Origin: an uncultured Candidatus Saccharibacteria bacterium | GTDB taxonomy: Bacteria > Patescibacteriota > Minisyncoccia > Phycocordibacterales > G965230995 | Assembly: GCA_965230995.1 (NCBI GenBank) | Contig: OZ246398.1 | Location: 464,213-528,212, forward strand | Direction of reading: 5' to 3' | DNA length: 64,000 nucleotides | Shown here: positions 1 through 10,216 of the stretch, piece after piece | Layout: each line of letters starts with the position of its first letter | Position numbering within the stretch: the stretch's first letter is position 1 | Position numbers and translations under genes: made by a program | Notes under the pieces: model-generated | What the model was told of the DNA's origin: nothing | The model's database searches: none | Seen by the model: only the letters and a program-made list of their open reading frames with translations

Positions 1-111
1 GAAGTTGGTCGCTACAGGACCGAGGAAGAAGCCGTCGAGGCGAAGTGCAAGCTGTCGCCCGAGGAACAGCACCGGACGCTTCTGAGGTCGGTCAGGCCAA
101 TGTGTCGGTAG
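1..111 (+). CDS. 3' end of a GC-rich orphan ORF (partial; ...EVGRYRTEEEAVEAKCKLSPEEQHRTLLRSVRPMCR*)
   Basis: Open frame from base 1 to TAG at 109-111, followed by a hairpin/T-tract like the other GC-rich cassettes. Confidence 0.55.
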   Translation, partial: EVGRYRTEEEAVEAKCKLSPEEQHRTLLRSVRPMCR

Positions 112-116
112 GGTCG

Positions 117-154
117 AGTCGTCCAAGAGAGTCATCCTCACGGACGACTTTCTT
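117..154 (+). terminator. Intrinsic terminator of the partial ORF
   Basis: AGTCGTCC...GGACGACT stem followed by TTCTT. Confidence 0.6.
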
Positions 155-195
155 GTAATATATATACGAAAAACCCCAAAGAATATCTTTGGGAT

Positions 196-360
196 TTAAT
201 GTTTTTGTGGGCAGGAGAGGACTTGGTCGCAACTCTTCTGCTACGATAAATCTACGCGACGAAGGTTGCGACCCCGCCTCCGCGACAAGTATTATTTTTC
301 GTAAACTCAAAATAATCTTGTGTACCGCGTCCGGCTTTCAAGTCCTTACTTCCTCACAAA
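196..360. repeat. tRNA-Leu(TAG)-associated repeat unit: 30-bp direct copy of the tRNA 3' end, palindromic modules, degenerate inverted copy
   Basis: 196-225 is identical to 392-421; 225-280 matches 11155-11210; TTCAAGTCCTTACTTCCTCAC near 337-357 resembles the tRNA 3' end in inverted orientation. Confidence 0.8.
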
Positions 361-403
361 ACAAAAAGCCCCAGAGCTATTGCTCTGAAGCTTAATGTTT
401 TTG

Positions 404-484
404 TGGGCAGGAGAGGACTTGAACCTCCATGGGTTACCCCGCTTGCTCCTAAGGCAAGTGCGTCTACCATTTCGCCACCTGCCC
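404..484 (-). tRNA. tRNA-Leu(TAG)
   Basis: Reverse complement GGGCAGGTGGCGAAATGGTAGACGC...CTTGC-CTTAGGA-GCAAG...GGTTCAAGTCCTCTCCTGCCCA, with long variable arm. Confidence 0.95.
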
Positions 485-571
485 ACTTCGTATTTCTACG
501 GGGGTTATAGTATCATAAAATCTGCTAATAGCAAAAGCCAATTTTGTGTTTTTTATGATAAAATCGATTAA

Positions 572-1588
572 ATGGAATACAGCATAAAGGAATTACTAAA
601 TGACGAAAGGGAATATCCGCTTGAAATATTTGGCGGTTCGTCTTTTACGCAATCAAATATTTATGCAAATTGGCAGACAAAAAAGGGGAGATGGGTCGGC
701 AGATATTTGGTAGAGAAGAATAACAAAACTATAGCTTTCTTTCAGGTAATCGAATATCCGCTTTTTTTTGGTAAAAAATGTTTATACATACCTTATGGCC
801 CAGTTTCGATAGATACTTCGAGAGATTTTTTTGTATTTTTAAAAAATTCTTTGCTCAAGATTTCAAAAGAAAGAGATGCTATTTTTGCTCGAATAGATTT
901 TGATCCAAAAATTGAATCTGATTTGTTAAATAACATTTTTACAAAATCACCGGCTTGCACATACAGCTCTTCTTTCTTCCAGCCAAGATCAGAATGGGTT
1001 CTAGATATATCAAAAAGTGAAGAAGAGATACTTTTACAGATGGAAAAAGACACCAGATATTCTGTAAAGACATCACAAAAAAGAGGAGCCGTGGGTAGTA
1101 TAATCACTGAAGATTTCGGTAAATATTTTGATGATTTTTATAACCTTCTAGAAACGACAGCAAAGAGGAATGGTTTTGGTATTCACGACAAAAAATATTA
1201 CAAGAATATTTTTGAAAGTTTAAGAAAAGAAAATGCGTTTTTATCGATTGTCTCGGGTGAAAATATTTTAGTTATAGATGTGTTTATAATTTTCGGCAAA
1301 ACAGTCCATTATGTTTTTGGATCGAGTAGTAATGAAGAAAGAAACAAATTGCCTTCATATATGGCGATTTGGAATGCTATTTTATATGTAAAAGAAAAAG
1401 GAATAGAAAATATTAATTTTGGCGGATATTCTGCCGAAGCAAAAAAAGAAAAATGGAGTGGTTTTTCTATTTTTAAAAAAGGTTGGGGTGGGGAAGAATT
1501 AAAACATTCTGATTTTTTTGATATTGTATCAAATCGTTTTTGGTATTATCTGTATTCTTTTATTAAAAAGATAAAGACCTATATATAG
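572..1588 (+). CDS. FemAB/FemX-family peptidoglycan bridge peptidyltransferase (lipid II aminoacyltransferase)
   Basis: F-x-QS-x-x-W-like start, YIPYGP, LDISKSEEEILLQM..TRYSV, FKKGWGG motifs. Confidence 0.85.
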   Translation: MEYSIKELLNDEREYPLEIFGGSSFTQSNIYANWQTKKGRWVGRYLVEKNNKTIAFFQVIEYPLFFGKKCLYIPYGPVSIDTSRDFFVFLKNSLLKISKERDAIFARIDFDPKIESDLLNNIFTKSPACTYSSSFFQPRSEWVLDISKSEEEILLQMEKDTRYSVKTSQKRGAVGSIITEDFGKYFDDFYNLLETTAKRNGFGIHDKKYYKNIFESLRKENAFLSIVSGENILVIDVFIIFGKTVHYVFGSSSNEERNKLPSYMAIWNAILYVKEKGIENINFGGYSAEAKKEKWSGFSIFKKGWGGEELKHSDFFDIVSNRFWYYLYSFIKKIKTYI

Positions 1589-1592
1589 TTTT

Positions 1593-1636
1593 AACCGCCC
1601 GGCCATATGCACATCGTGCACTGGGTTCGGGCGGTT
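1593..1636. terminator. Hairpin between convergent genes
   Basis: AACCGCCCG...CGGGCGGTT with inner TGCAC/GTGCA stem. Confidence 0.65.
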
Positions 1637-1649
1637 GCGTCGGCTATCC

Positions 1650-2153
1650 TTAGTAGCCGAGGGATTGTTTTTGTCTGTTGATGATCATCCTCACGGTTTG
1701 AGGTGAGGGGGTGAGCATGCGGTCCCCGCACACCTGAAGGTGCGCCTCCTTAATCAGGTGATTGAGTGTGAATGCCAGATCTGCAATGTCGGTCGCAGGG
1801 GGGATCACCACCTGTGGTGGAACGTGACCGGGTTTTTCTGGCGGGCTCTTAACCTTTGACCAGAGCCCGCACGTGACGGTACTCAGGACGTTGTGTCGTA
1901 CCAACCGGCGTTGGTATCTCTGCATCAGACGCCTGTGATAACACAAGTCGTTTTCAGCCTTGAGACGCATTTCTTCGTCTCGAATGGCCTGACTGATGAC
2001 CCCGTCCCAGCTGACCGGGATCCACTCTCCGTGCAGGTAAGATGGAAGGAGCACTCTCGAGAGAGCCTCTGTCATCATTGGGCACGTGAAGGGAGATCCT
2101 GCGATCGTGTACGGCACGATCGCAATTTCTCGTGGTTTCGGCAAATCTCTCAC
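1650..2153 (-). CDS. GC-rich orphan protein (167 aa)
   Basis: GTG start with GGAGG SD; upstream TTGACT-17-TATATT promoter; downstream hairpin. Confidence 0.7.
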   Translation of the reverse strand: MRDLPKPREIAIVPYTIAGSPFTCPMMTEALSRVLLPSYLHGEWIPVSWDGVISQAIRDEEMRLKAENDLCYHRRLMQRYQRRLVRHNVLSTVTCGLWSKVKSPPEKPGHVPPQVVIPPATDIADLAFTLNHLIKEAHLQVCGDRMLTPSPQTVRMIINRQKQSLGY

Positions 2154-2329
2154 AAAAACCTCCGTTTGGCTTCAAGGTTCGGCTTCCGGTTCCGCAAAAA
2201 ATATAACCTAATATAGTAAAATAGTCAAATTTTTAATTCACACATACAATGAATTTTCTTGTTCTTGAAGAATTAATATTTTTTAAACAAAAAACCTCAA
2301 AGCATTACTTTGAAGCTTAATGTTTGTAG

Positions 2330-2411
2330 TGCCGAGGATGGGGGTTGAACCCATATCCCGTTAGGGACACGATTTTAAGTCGTGCGCGTATACCAATTCC
2401 GCCACCCCGGC
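2330..2411 (-). tRNA. tRNA-Leu(TAA)
   Basis: GCCGGGGTGGCGGAATTGGTATACGC...CACGA-CTTAAAA-TCGTG...GGTTCAACCCCCATCCTCGGCA. Confidence 0.95.
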
Positions 2412-2418
2412 ATAGGTG

Positions 2419-2492
2419 AGGTGCAGGCCGGGGTTGAACCGGCGCATAACAGTTTTGCAGACTGTCGCGTTAACCAACTTCGCCACTGCACC
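2419..2492 (-). tRNA. tRNA-Cys(GCA)
   Basis: GGTGCAGTGGCGAAGTTGG...ACAGT-CTGCAAA-ACTGT...GGTTCAACCCCGGCCTGCACCT, U discriminator. Confidence 0.95.
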
Positions 2493-2623
2493 ATATTTAT
2501 TTTTTCAATGTTCAAGCTCTAAATAATCATATCTGTAGTTAGCCTCCGCTAGCCGGTGGACTACCCCTACCAATGCTTGTTATTTCAAGCATATACATTT
2601 ATATCATAAAAAAAGACCAGGTT

Positions 2624-2956
2624 CTACCTATTTTTGTCTGATTGAATTATGTGTTCAATCTTCTGTCTGTTCTTTTCTCCCATATCAATTTCAAATGAAA
2701 AATGGGGGAGAACTCTCATACGAATCTTTCCCTTGAGAAAATTTCTCATTTCTATTCTTTTTCTGTTGAGAAAATCCATCACAGCTTCCTCTTTTTCTTC
2801 GGGTAATACAGAAACATACACTATTACATCTTTGCCTTTGTTTTGTAATTCTATATTTGTAACAGTTATGAGCGAAGTTCTGTTTGATTGCAAACCGATG
2901 AACTGTGCTGTCATATTTTTTATTGCCTCGATTGTTCTTTCTTCTTTTATGCTCAT
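2624..2956 (-). CDS. rbfA: Ribosome-binding factor A
   Basis: LITVTNIEL..., MRVLPHFSFEID; directly downstream of infB. Confidence 0.9.
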   Translation of the reverse strand: MSIKEERTIEAIKNMTAQFIGLQSNRTSLITVTNIELQNKGKDVIVYVSVLPEEKEEAVMDFLNRKRIEMRNFLKGKIRMRVLPHFSFEIDMGEKNRQKIEHIIQSDKNR

Positions 2957-2957
2957 A

Positions 2958-4463
2958 TTATTTTTGAACTGTTGAAAAACCTCTTATTATATCTCCTTCA
3001 GAAATTTCAAATTTTGATTCTATCATCATTCCAAATTCTCCTGTGGTTATCTCTCGCGTCTTTTCTTTTTGTTGCTGAATTTCTTGGATATTGCCTTTGC
3101 CGATTTCTGCTTCTTTCCTGATTACTTTTACCATATCTCCGATTTTAAGTGATCCAGAGAGCATCTTGCCCCCGATAACGTGTTGATCTTTTCTATTGCT
3201 AAATACTTTTAATATTTTGGCTTCTCCGGTGACTTCATCTACGAGAGAAAGGGGAGTCCTTTCTTTTAATGCGTTCTTTAGCCAATCTGTTAATTCGTAT
3301 ATTATTCCGAATGATTTTACAGTGATGTTTGTTCGTTCAATAAGGCTCTGTGCTTTTGAGTCGATTTTTGTATTAAATGCAAGGATTATTGTGTCTGGGT
3401 TAGAAGATGCTGTTTTTATGTCATTTTCAGAAACAGCTCCGATGTCTGTGTAGATTACTTGTGTTCTTATCCTTTCGTCTAATTCCATTTTGGATATTTC
3501 ATAGACCACTGCATCGGCACTCCCTGATGTGTCTGCCCTGACTATTATTGGAATTGTTTTTTTGTTCGGGTCTTCTTCGCATTGAGAAAAATTAGAACAA
3601 TCTATCTCTGCTTTATTTTCTTTTGCATAACTCTCGGCTTCTTTTTTTGTATCGAATGTGACAAAGGTGCTTCCAACGCAAGGTTGTCCTGTCCAGCCGA
3701 TTATTTTTACTGGTGAAGAAAAACTTGCACTAGATATCATTTCACCGAGAAAGTTTTCCATTATTCTAACCGGGGAATACGCACCGGCTGTTGCAACATA
3801 CGAACCTTTTTCTAGTATCCCGTCTTTGATTACCAAAGTAGCCACGGAACCTTTTTTTGGATCCATATTGCTCTCGATGACTATTCCGCTAGCATTATTT
3901 TTTTTGTTTGCTTTTAGATCTTCAAGCTCTGCCACAAGAATTATCATATCCAAAAGATCGTCGACTCCTTTTCCTGTCTTTGCGGATATTGGCACAGCGG
4001 GGATTGTTCCACCCCATCCCTCAACGTATATTTCGTTTTCAGCAAGGCTTTGTTTTGTCCTCTCTATGTTTGCTGTTTCTTTGTCGATTTTGTTTATTGC
4101 GACTATGTACGGGATTTTACCTTGGAGAATACATTTCAAAGCGTCGATTGTTTGTGGTTTTACACCTTCTTCGGCAGATACGACGAGTATTGCAATGTCG
4201 GCGACTTTCACACCGCGTGTTCTGATTGCAGAAAAAGCCTCGTGACCTGGGGTATCCAAAAACGTTATTTTAGATTGAGCCCCTTCTTTTGTTTTGTGAT
4301 CTACTTCGTAAGCAGATAGGTGTTGAGTAATGCCACCTTGTTCGTTTGCGACGATATTTGTTTTGCGGATATAGTCAAGTAGCGTCGATTTACCGTGATC
4401 GATGTGTCCCATTACCGCTACAACTGGCGGTCTTTGTATTGTGTTTTCTTTCTTGGTTTCCAT
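2958..4463 (-). CDS. infB: Translation initiation factor IF-2 (short, no N-terminal domain)
   Basis: RPPVVAVMGHIDHGKSTLLD, GGITQH, FLDTPGHEAF, NKID. Confidence 0.97.
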   Translation of the reverse strand: METKKENTIQRPPVVAVMGHIDHGKSTLLDYIRKTNIVANEQGGITQHLSAYEVDHKTKEGAQSKITFLDTPGHEAFSAIRTRGVKVADIAILVVSAEEGVKPQTIDALKCILQGKIPYIVAINKIDKETANIERTKQSLAENEIYVEGWGGTIPAVPISAKTGKGVDDLLDMIILVAELEDLKANKKNNASGIVIESNMDPKKGSVATLVIKDGILEKGSYVATAGAYSPVRIMENFLGEMISSASFSSPVKIIGWTGQPCVGSTFVTFDTKKEAESYAKENKAEIDCSNFSQCEEDPNKKTIPIIVRADTSGSADAVVYEISKMELDERIRTQVIYTDIGAVSENDIKTASSNPDTIILAFNTKIDSKAQSLIERTNITVKSFGIIYELTDWLKNALKERTPLSLVDEVTGEAKILKVFSNRKDQHVIGGKMLSGSLKIGDMVKVIRKEAEIGKGNIQEIQQQKEKTREITTGEFGMMIESKFEISEGDIIRGFSTVQK

Positions 4464-4495
4464 CGCGGTATTTTTTAGCTACTAATTGCTCCATT

Positions 4496-4963
4496 TTATT
4501 TAATTGAATTTTGTGCTTTGTTTATAACATCACGTTCTTCTTCGGAAAGTTCAAAATCAGAGCTGTTCGAAGTGAGACCTTTTGCAAAAACGCTAACGCG
4601 ATCTCTTGAGTAGAGGCTCGAAATTACTACTCCATTGCCGTCTTCGTCGATAAAAGCAGATGCAAAGCTCTGGTTTCCACCAGCACCTGTTCCCTTGAAT
4701 GGATTGAATCTGATTACTTTGACTGCTTGTATGCTTCTTCTGATTCTCTTGTCATCATAAACAAGTTGTTTTTCGGTTTTTTTTCTGAATTCCTCGATTT
4801 TTTCAATCTCCTTGCTGATTGTTTTGATTGAATCTTCGATGGATACACTTCCTTTTCCAAGAAGCATCTTGCCCATCCTCATTTCTATTCTTATTAACCA
4901 AATGGCGATTATCACAATAACCGCAAGTAAAACAATGATAAGTTGGTTTATGTCGAGTATCAT
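4496..4963 (-). CDS. DUF4446-family membrane-anchored protein
   Basis: N-terminal TM; RFNPF..GGNQSF..A..D..GNGVVISSLYSR. Confidence 0.8.
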   Translation of the reverse strand: MILDINQLIIVLLAVIVIIAIWLIRIEMRMGKMLLGKGSVSIEDSIKTISKEIEKIEEFRKKTEKQLVYDDKRIRRSIQAVKVIRFNPFKGTGAGGNQSFASAFIDEDGNGVVISSLYSRDRVSVFAKGLTSNSSDFELSEEERDVINKAQNSIK

Positions 4964-5079
4964 AGATGTATTTTAAAAAAACTATTATTTCCCCGAACCG
5001 CTTTAAAGTCTACAAGAAACCATTATACATATTGACAGGGCTTTTGTAAAACTACATTGTAATGTAACATACAATACAT

Positions 5080-6267
5080 ATGAATATATTTAATATTCTA
5101 AAAAAGAAAAAAAAGAGCAAAGATTCAATATATATGGACTATGCGTCTGCGACTTTTGTTTTACCAGAAGTCCATACGGCTATGGAACCATTTTTTGATA
5201 AAAATTTTTCTAACCCAGCGAGCCTATATCAAAGTGGTTTAGATGCAAGAGAAGCAATTTCAAATGCACGAAAAGATATTGCGAATGTAATTGGTTGTAG
5301 GCCAAATGAAATATATTTTACCGCAAGCGGAACCGAATCAAACAATATGGCATTTTTGGGATTGCGAGACAAAAATGGCAGGTTTGATGGTATGCATTTT
5401 GTGACAATGAAAACAGAACATTCTTCTGTTAAAGAAATAACAAAAGAAATTGAAAGACTTGGTGGAAGTGTGAGCTGCGCAAAATCTAACGACGACGGAA
5501 TTATTGATCTTGAAGATCTAGAACTATTGATCAAGAAAGAAACTGTGATGGTTTCCGTAATGATGGTTAATAATGAAATCGGGACAATACAACCCATAAA
5601 GGAAATTGCATCTGTAATAAGACGAGCAAACAAAAAATTTGGAAAAGAAATTATTTTTCATACTGATGCTTGCCAGGCACCGCAATATCTAAAAATAGAG
5701 ATAGAAAAATTAGGTGTTTCTATGCTTACGCTTGATTCTTCAAAAATTTATGGACCAAAGGGGATCGGTATGCTTTATGTTAAAAAGGGAATTAATTTAA
5801 AGCCGATAATTTTTGGTGGTGGTCAGGAGGGGGGCTTGCGTTCGGGGACAGAAAACGTCGCAGGTATTGTTGGATTTGCTAAAGCGATGGTTATTGTAGA
5901 TTCCGATAGGAAAAAAGAAACAGAGAGAATAAAAAATATCAGAGATTATGCTTTTAAAAAAATTACAGAAAATTTTCCGTCAGCGATTATAAATGGATCT
6001 GTAGAATCTAGAATTGCAAATAATATCAATGTTTGTTTTCCTGGTATCGATTCTGAATTTGTTGTAATAAAATTAGGATACGAAGGAATAGAATGTTCTT
6101 ACGCAAGCACTTGCAAGACCTTGGGTAACGATAATTCTTCTTATGTTCTAGAAGCAATTGGAAAAAAAGATTGTGCAACTTCATCGCTAAGGTTTACTTT
6201 CGGTAGAAAAACAGAAAAAGAAGACATTGATATTTTGATCAGTACACTAAAAAAGATTATTGCTTAG
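5080..6267 (+). CDS. iscS: Cysteine desulfurase (NifS/IscS class I)
   Basis: YMDYASAT, SGTESNN, NNEIGTIQP, HTDACQA, SKIYGPKG, RSGTEN, STC catalytic loop. Confidence 0.9.
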   Translation: MNIFNILKKKKKSKDSIYMDYASATFVLPEVHTAMEPFFDKNFSNPASLYQSGLDAREAISNARKDIANVIGCRPNEIYFTASGTESNNMAFLGLRDKNGRFDGMHFVTMKTEHSSVKEITKEIERLGGSVSCAKSNDDGIIDLEDLELLIKKETVMVSVMMVNNEIGTIQPIKEIASVIRRANKKFGKEIIFHTDACQAPQYLKIEIEKLGVSMLTLDSSKIYGPKGIGMLYVKKGINLKPIIFGGGQEGGLRSGTENVAGIVGFAKAMVIVDSDRKKETERIKNIRDYAFKKITENFPSAIINGSVESRIANNINVCFPGIDSEFVVIKLGYEGIECSYASTCKTLGNDNSSYVLEAIGKKDCATSSLRFTFGRKTEKEDIDILISTLKKIIA

Positions 6268-6303
6268 TGTTCTTTTATTTTATTTTTGCTATCATATATC
6301 TAT

Positions 6304-7134
6304 ATGGAAGACCTCACAAAACAACAAGTAATTTTGCTGGCTCTGCTCCTGTCTTTTGTTACATCAATCGGAACTGGAATTATAACCGTGTCACTTTTAG
6401 ACGAGGCGCCAGAGACTGTTACCCAGACAATAAACCGAGTCGTTGAGAGAACAATAGAAAACGTCTTGCCAACCGAGACGACCATAAAAGAAACAGAGAC
6501 TCAGACCAGAGTAGTAGTAGAAAAAGATGACACGATATCAAACGCAATATCTAAATCCTCAAAAGCATTGGTGAGAGTTTATACTGCATCAGGCGAAGAT
6601 CGTGCGTTCTTTTCAATGGGTGTTGTAGTAAGGGACGATGGACTTGTTGCTGTATCTTCTTTAGGTTTTGTTCCGACTTACAAATACATTGCTGTCTTTG
6701 ATGACAAAAAGGAATACGAATTGAAAGCTTCCGAAGAAGAATCTGTTTCTGAAATTGCTTTTCTCAAAGCTGTTTTGAAAGAAGAAGAAAATAAAAAATT
6801 TGATATCGCAGAAATTATCTCTCCCAAGGATTTAAAACTCGGTCAGACAATAATAAATATCGGAGGCGATAAAAATATGTCTGTTCAGGTGGGCAGGATT
6901 TCATCTCTACCAAAACTTAAAGACAAAGATGAAAAAGAATATATATCTGCAATAGAAACAGACATAAGTTCGGCCACATTAGGAAGCGTTATTGTTGATT
7001 TGTCGGGAATGATTGTGGGCTTTAATTCGATAGTCGGAGATCTAAAATTAAACAAATCTTTTACCCCGGCCCAAAATCTAATTCCAATTAAAAAAGAAGT
7101 CGTAGAAACCCCTCCAACAAACAACAATCCATAA
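6304..7134 (+). CDS. Membrane-anchored trypsin/HtrA-like protein lacking evident catalytic residues
   Basis: N-terminal TM; LKLGQTII.IG and IETD...GSVIVDLSGMIVG align with HtrA, but TNxH and GNSGG are absent. Confidence 0.7.
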   Translation: MEDLTKQQVILLALLLSFVTSIGTGIITVSLLDEAPETVTQTINRVVERTIENVLPTETTIKETETQTRVVVEKDDTISNAISKSSKALVRVYTASGEDRAFFSMGVVVRDDGLVAVSSLGFVPTYKYIAVFDDKKEYELKASEEESVSEIAFLKAVLKEEENKKFDIAEIISPKDLKLGQTIINIGGDKNMSVQVGRISSLPKLKDKDEKEYISAIETDISSATLGSVIVDLSGMIVGFNSIVGDLKLNKSFTPAQNLIPIKKEVVETPPTNNNP

Positions 7135-7206
7135 TTTGACTCTATTTCGTTAGTGTTGTATTTATAGAAGTATAATAATTTATAAGAATAGTTAATAAAT
7201 GAACAT

Positions 7207-9897
7207 ATGCCACCGTTCAATGATTTTACGACAAAGGCGAAAGAAGCAATCAGAAAGGCGCACGAGCTTGCAATAGAAAGGGGACAAAATCACGTGAGCC
7301 CTCTGCATCTTTTGACTGCTTTGGTTTTGCAAGAAGAATCGATGGTAGCTTCTATCATAGACAAACTAGAAGTAGATTCGATATTACTTACAGATTCAAT
7401 TATCGATTCGATAGAGGTCGCAGAAGGTGCGAGAACCGTATCGCCTGCATATCAAATATATTTAACTCCAGAAATGGCGCGTGTCCTCGAGGACAGCGTT
7501 AGAATAGCAAAAGCTCTGGGTGATGAATTTGTATCCACAGAGCATCTATTCATTGCAATTTCAGATATCACTGGTCCGGCAAAAGATTTGCTACGAAGAT
7601 TCAAGATTACAAAAGAAAGCATAGAAAAAGTTCTCGAAGAATTAAAAAACAGTAAAGATGCAGATATACAAAAACCAAAGAGATTCAGGACTCTGCATAA
7701 ATACACAAGAAATCTCACAAAGCTCGCTTCAGAAAACAAACTCGATCCAGTCATCGGAAGAGATAAAGAAATTTCTCGAATAATACAGATTCTCTCGAGA
7801 AGAACAAAAAATAACCCGATATTGATAGGAGAAGCTGGTGTTGGAAAAACCGCAATCGTCGAAGGCTTAGCCACCAGAATTGCAACAGGTGATGTACCAG
7901 AATCATTAAAAGACAAAGAGATGGTTTCTCTTGATCTTGGCCTTCTTATTGCTGGTACAAAATACAGAGGAGAATTCGAGGAAAGACTAAAGGCTCTCCT
8001 CAAAGATATAGAAAAATCAGACGGAAAGATAATTCTTTTTGTTGATGAAATTCATACAATAGTCGGAGCCGGTTCTTCAGAAGGTTCTATGGATGCTTCT
8101 AATATGCTAAAGCCCGCACTTGCAAGAGGCGAGCTTCGAACTGTTGGCGCGACAACTTTGCGTGAGTATCAAAAACATATCGAAAAGGATCCTGCTCTCA
8201 CAAGAAGATTTCAGCCTGTAATGGTTTCTGAACCTTCAATTGATGATGCGATGACTATTTTGCGAGGCTTAAAAGAAAAATACGAGCTCTATCACGGTGT
8301 CAGAATCACAGATGAAGCAATCAGGGCTGCTGTTAATTTATCTGCTAGATATATTTCAGATAGATTTTTGCCAGACAAAGCTGTTGACTTGATCGACGAA
8401 GCGTCTTCGCAATTAAAGATTTCTCTAGAAAATATGCCTCCGATTTTGCAAGAGACAAGATCAAAAGTGATGAAGCTTGAAATTGAGAGGGAAGCTTTAA
8501 ACAAAGAACTTTTGGATCACAAAGATTCAAAGATAGAAGACAGGCTAAAAGAAATTGAAAAAGCTGTTGCTGATTTGAAAGAAAAGACTGCCGAAATAGA
8601 GCTTAAATGGAAAAACGAAAAAGAAACAGTTTCTGACATAAAAAGAATTAAAAAAGATTTGGAAACCTTGAGACTCGAAGCCGAGGGTGCAGAAGCAAGG
8701 GCAGATTTGTCAAAAGCTGCTGAAATAAGATATGGAAAAATACCAGAACTAGAGAGAGAGCTTGATCAGAAAAGCAAGAGACTAAAAAGACTCCAGAGCT
8801 CTCGAAGAATATTAAAAGAAGAAATTACAGAACCGGACATTGCCGAAGTGGTTTCAAGATGGACTGGTGTACCTGTCACAAGGATGCTTGAGAGTGAAGC
8901 TGAAAAATTACAGAGAATGGAAGAAAAGCTTCACGAAAGAGTTGTCGGTCAAGAAGAAGCTGTCAAAAAAGTATCTGATACGATCAAGAGATCAAGAGCG
9001 GGGATTGCAGACCCAAACAAACCAATCGGATCGTTCTTGTTCCTTGGTCCAACTGGTGTTGGTAAAACAGAATTAACCAAAGCCTTGGCAGAATTTCTAT
9101 TTGATGATGAAAAGGCTCTCATCCGAGTCGATATGTCTGAATATATGGAGAAACATGCAGTGTCTAAAATAATCGGTGCTCCACCAGGATATGTTGGATA
9201 TGAAGAGGGTGGTACACTAACAGAACAAGTCAGACATAGACCATATTCTGTAATTCTCTTTGATGAAATTGAAAAAGCTCATCCCGATGCGTTTAATATC
9301 TTGCTCCAAGTCCTAGACAACGGAAGACTTACGGATGCAAAAGGTAGAACTGTTAATTTCAAAAACACAGTCATTATCCTTACTTCAAACATTGGAGCTC
9401 AGTACATAGACAAGATGGAGAAATTAGGATTCTCGAAAAGTGACAACAAGGAAAAAGAAAATTATGAAGATGTAAAATCTAAAGTCCTTGAGAGCTTGAA
9501 AGACCATTTCAAACCGGAATTCATAAACAGATTGGATGAAATAATCGTATTTGATGTGTTGTCAAGAGAAGCAATTTCAAAGATAGTCGAGATACAGATA
9601 TCTATGGTCAAAGAAAGATTGTCTCAGAAAGATGTGGCTCTCGAGGTTACAAATGATGCTCTGGAATATCTTGCAAAAGAAGGTTACAACCCTGAATACG
9701 GAGCAAGGCCTTTAAAGAGAATTATACAATCAAAGATTCTTAACCCAGTTGCGTCCCTTATGATTGGAAAGGGAATAACCAGAGGAGGTTCAATAACTAT
9801 TGGATTCAAAAAAGATGAATTAACATTCGATGTTAAAAAGGGGAGGCGTGGCTCGCTATTTCAAGAAGAAGTTATAAAGGAAACAGTGACATCATAA
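7207..9897 (+). CDS. clpB: ATP-dependent chaperone ClpB
   Basis: Clp N domain, GEAGVGKT, long coiled-coil M domain (AAEIRYG), [13 protein letters not shown]. Confidence 0.93.
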   Translation: MPPFNDFTTKAKEAIRKAHELAIERGQNHVSPLHLLTALVLQEESMVASIIDKLEVDSILLTDSIIDSIEVAEGARTVSPAYQIYLTPEMARVLEDSVRIAKALGDEFVSTEHLFIAISDITGPAKDLLRRFKITKESIEKVLEELKNSKDADIQKPKRFRTLHKYTRNLTKLASENKLDPVIGRDKEISRIIQILSRRTKNNPILIGEAGVGKTAIVEGLATRIATGDVPESLKDKEMVSLDLGLLIAGTKYRGEFEERLKALLKDIEKSDGKIILFVDEIHTIVGAGSSEGSMDASNMLKPALARGELRTVGATTLREYQKHIEKDPALTRRFQPVMVSEPSIDDAMTILRGLKEKYELYHGVRITDEAIRAAVNLSARYISDRFLPDKAVDLIDEASSQLKISLENMPPILQETRSKVMKLEIEREALNKELLDHKDSKIEDRLKEIEKAVADLKEKTAEIELKWKNEKETVSDIKRIKKDLETLRLEAEGAEARADLSKAAEIRYGKIPELERELDQKSKRLKRLQSSRRILKEEITEPDIAEVVSRWTGVPVTRMLESEAEKLQRMEEKLHERVVGQEEAVKKVSDTIKRSRAGIADPNKPIGSFLFLGPTGVGKTELTKALAEFLFDDEKALIRVDMSEYMEKHAVSKIIGAPPGYVGYEEGGTLTEQVRHRPYSVILFDEIEKAHPDAFNILLQVLDNGRLTDAKGRTVNFKNTVIILTSNIGAQYIDKMEKLGFSKSDNKEKENYEDVKSKVLESLKDHFKPEFINRLDEIIVFDVLSREAISKIVEIQISMVKERLSQKDVALEVTNDALEYLAKEGYNPEYGARPLKRIIQSKILNPVASLMIGKGITRGGSITIGFKKDELTFDVKKGRRGSLFQEEVIKETVTS

Positions 9898-9900
9898 TAT

Positions 9901-9931
9901 TTCAAAAACCGCACACAGTGCGGTTTTTGAA
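9901..9931. terminator. Bidirectional terminator after clpB
   Basis: TTCAAAAACCGCAC-ACA-GTGCGGTTTTTGAA. Confidence 0.8.
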
Positions 9932-9975
9932 ACGTTAAAGCCCCAACCGGGTGGGGCTCGTGTTCGCGCAGTCCT

Positions 9976-10161
9976 TCACTGCTCTTCTCTCTTCATGCAT
10001 TCAGCAATTGCAATGAACAAGCCAGCAATTGCTACTGTGAAGCAGATGACGGTAATGATGAAGAACCCTTTCTTGCTGAAGCCTACACCAAAGTAAGCCC
10101 CGAAGAAGAGCATCAAAATTCCAATCACTGCTGGACGAAAAAGATCTTTGATTAGCTTCAT
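9976..10161 (-). CDS. Small two-TM orphan protein (61 aa)
   Basis: AAGGAGG SD before ATG; two hydrophobic segments; hairpin 9939-9958 downstream. Confidence 0.65.
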   Translation of the reverse strand: MKLIKDLFRPAVIGILMLFFGAYFGVGFSKKGFFIITVICFTVAIAGLFIAIAECMKREEQ

Positions 10162-10216
10162 TTTGGAAGCCCTCCTTCAATATAGAATCTACATTATTTT
10201 TCTATGTGTATCAATG

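Noticed and set aside
92-395. ORFs 92-310 and 189-395, and the similar 11140-11364 (shared NSSATINLR peptide)
   Set aside because: The shared peptide simply reflects the non-coding palindromic module A; the frames overlap tRNA fragments and lack start signals.
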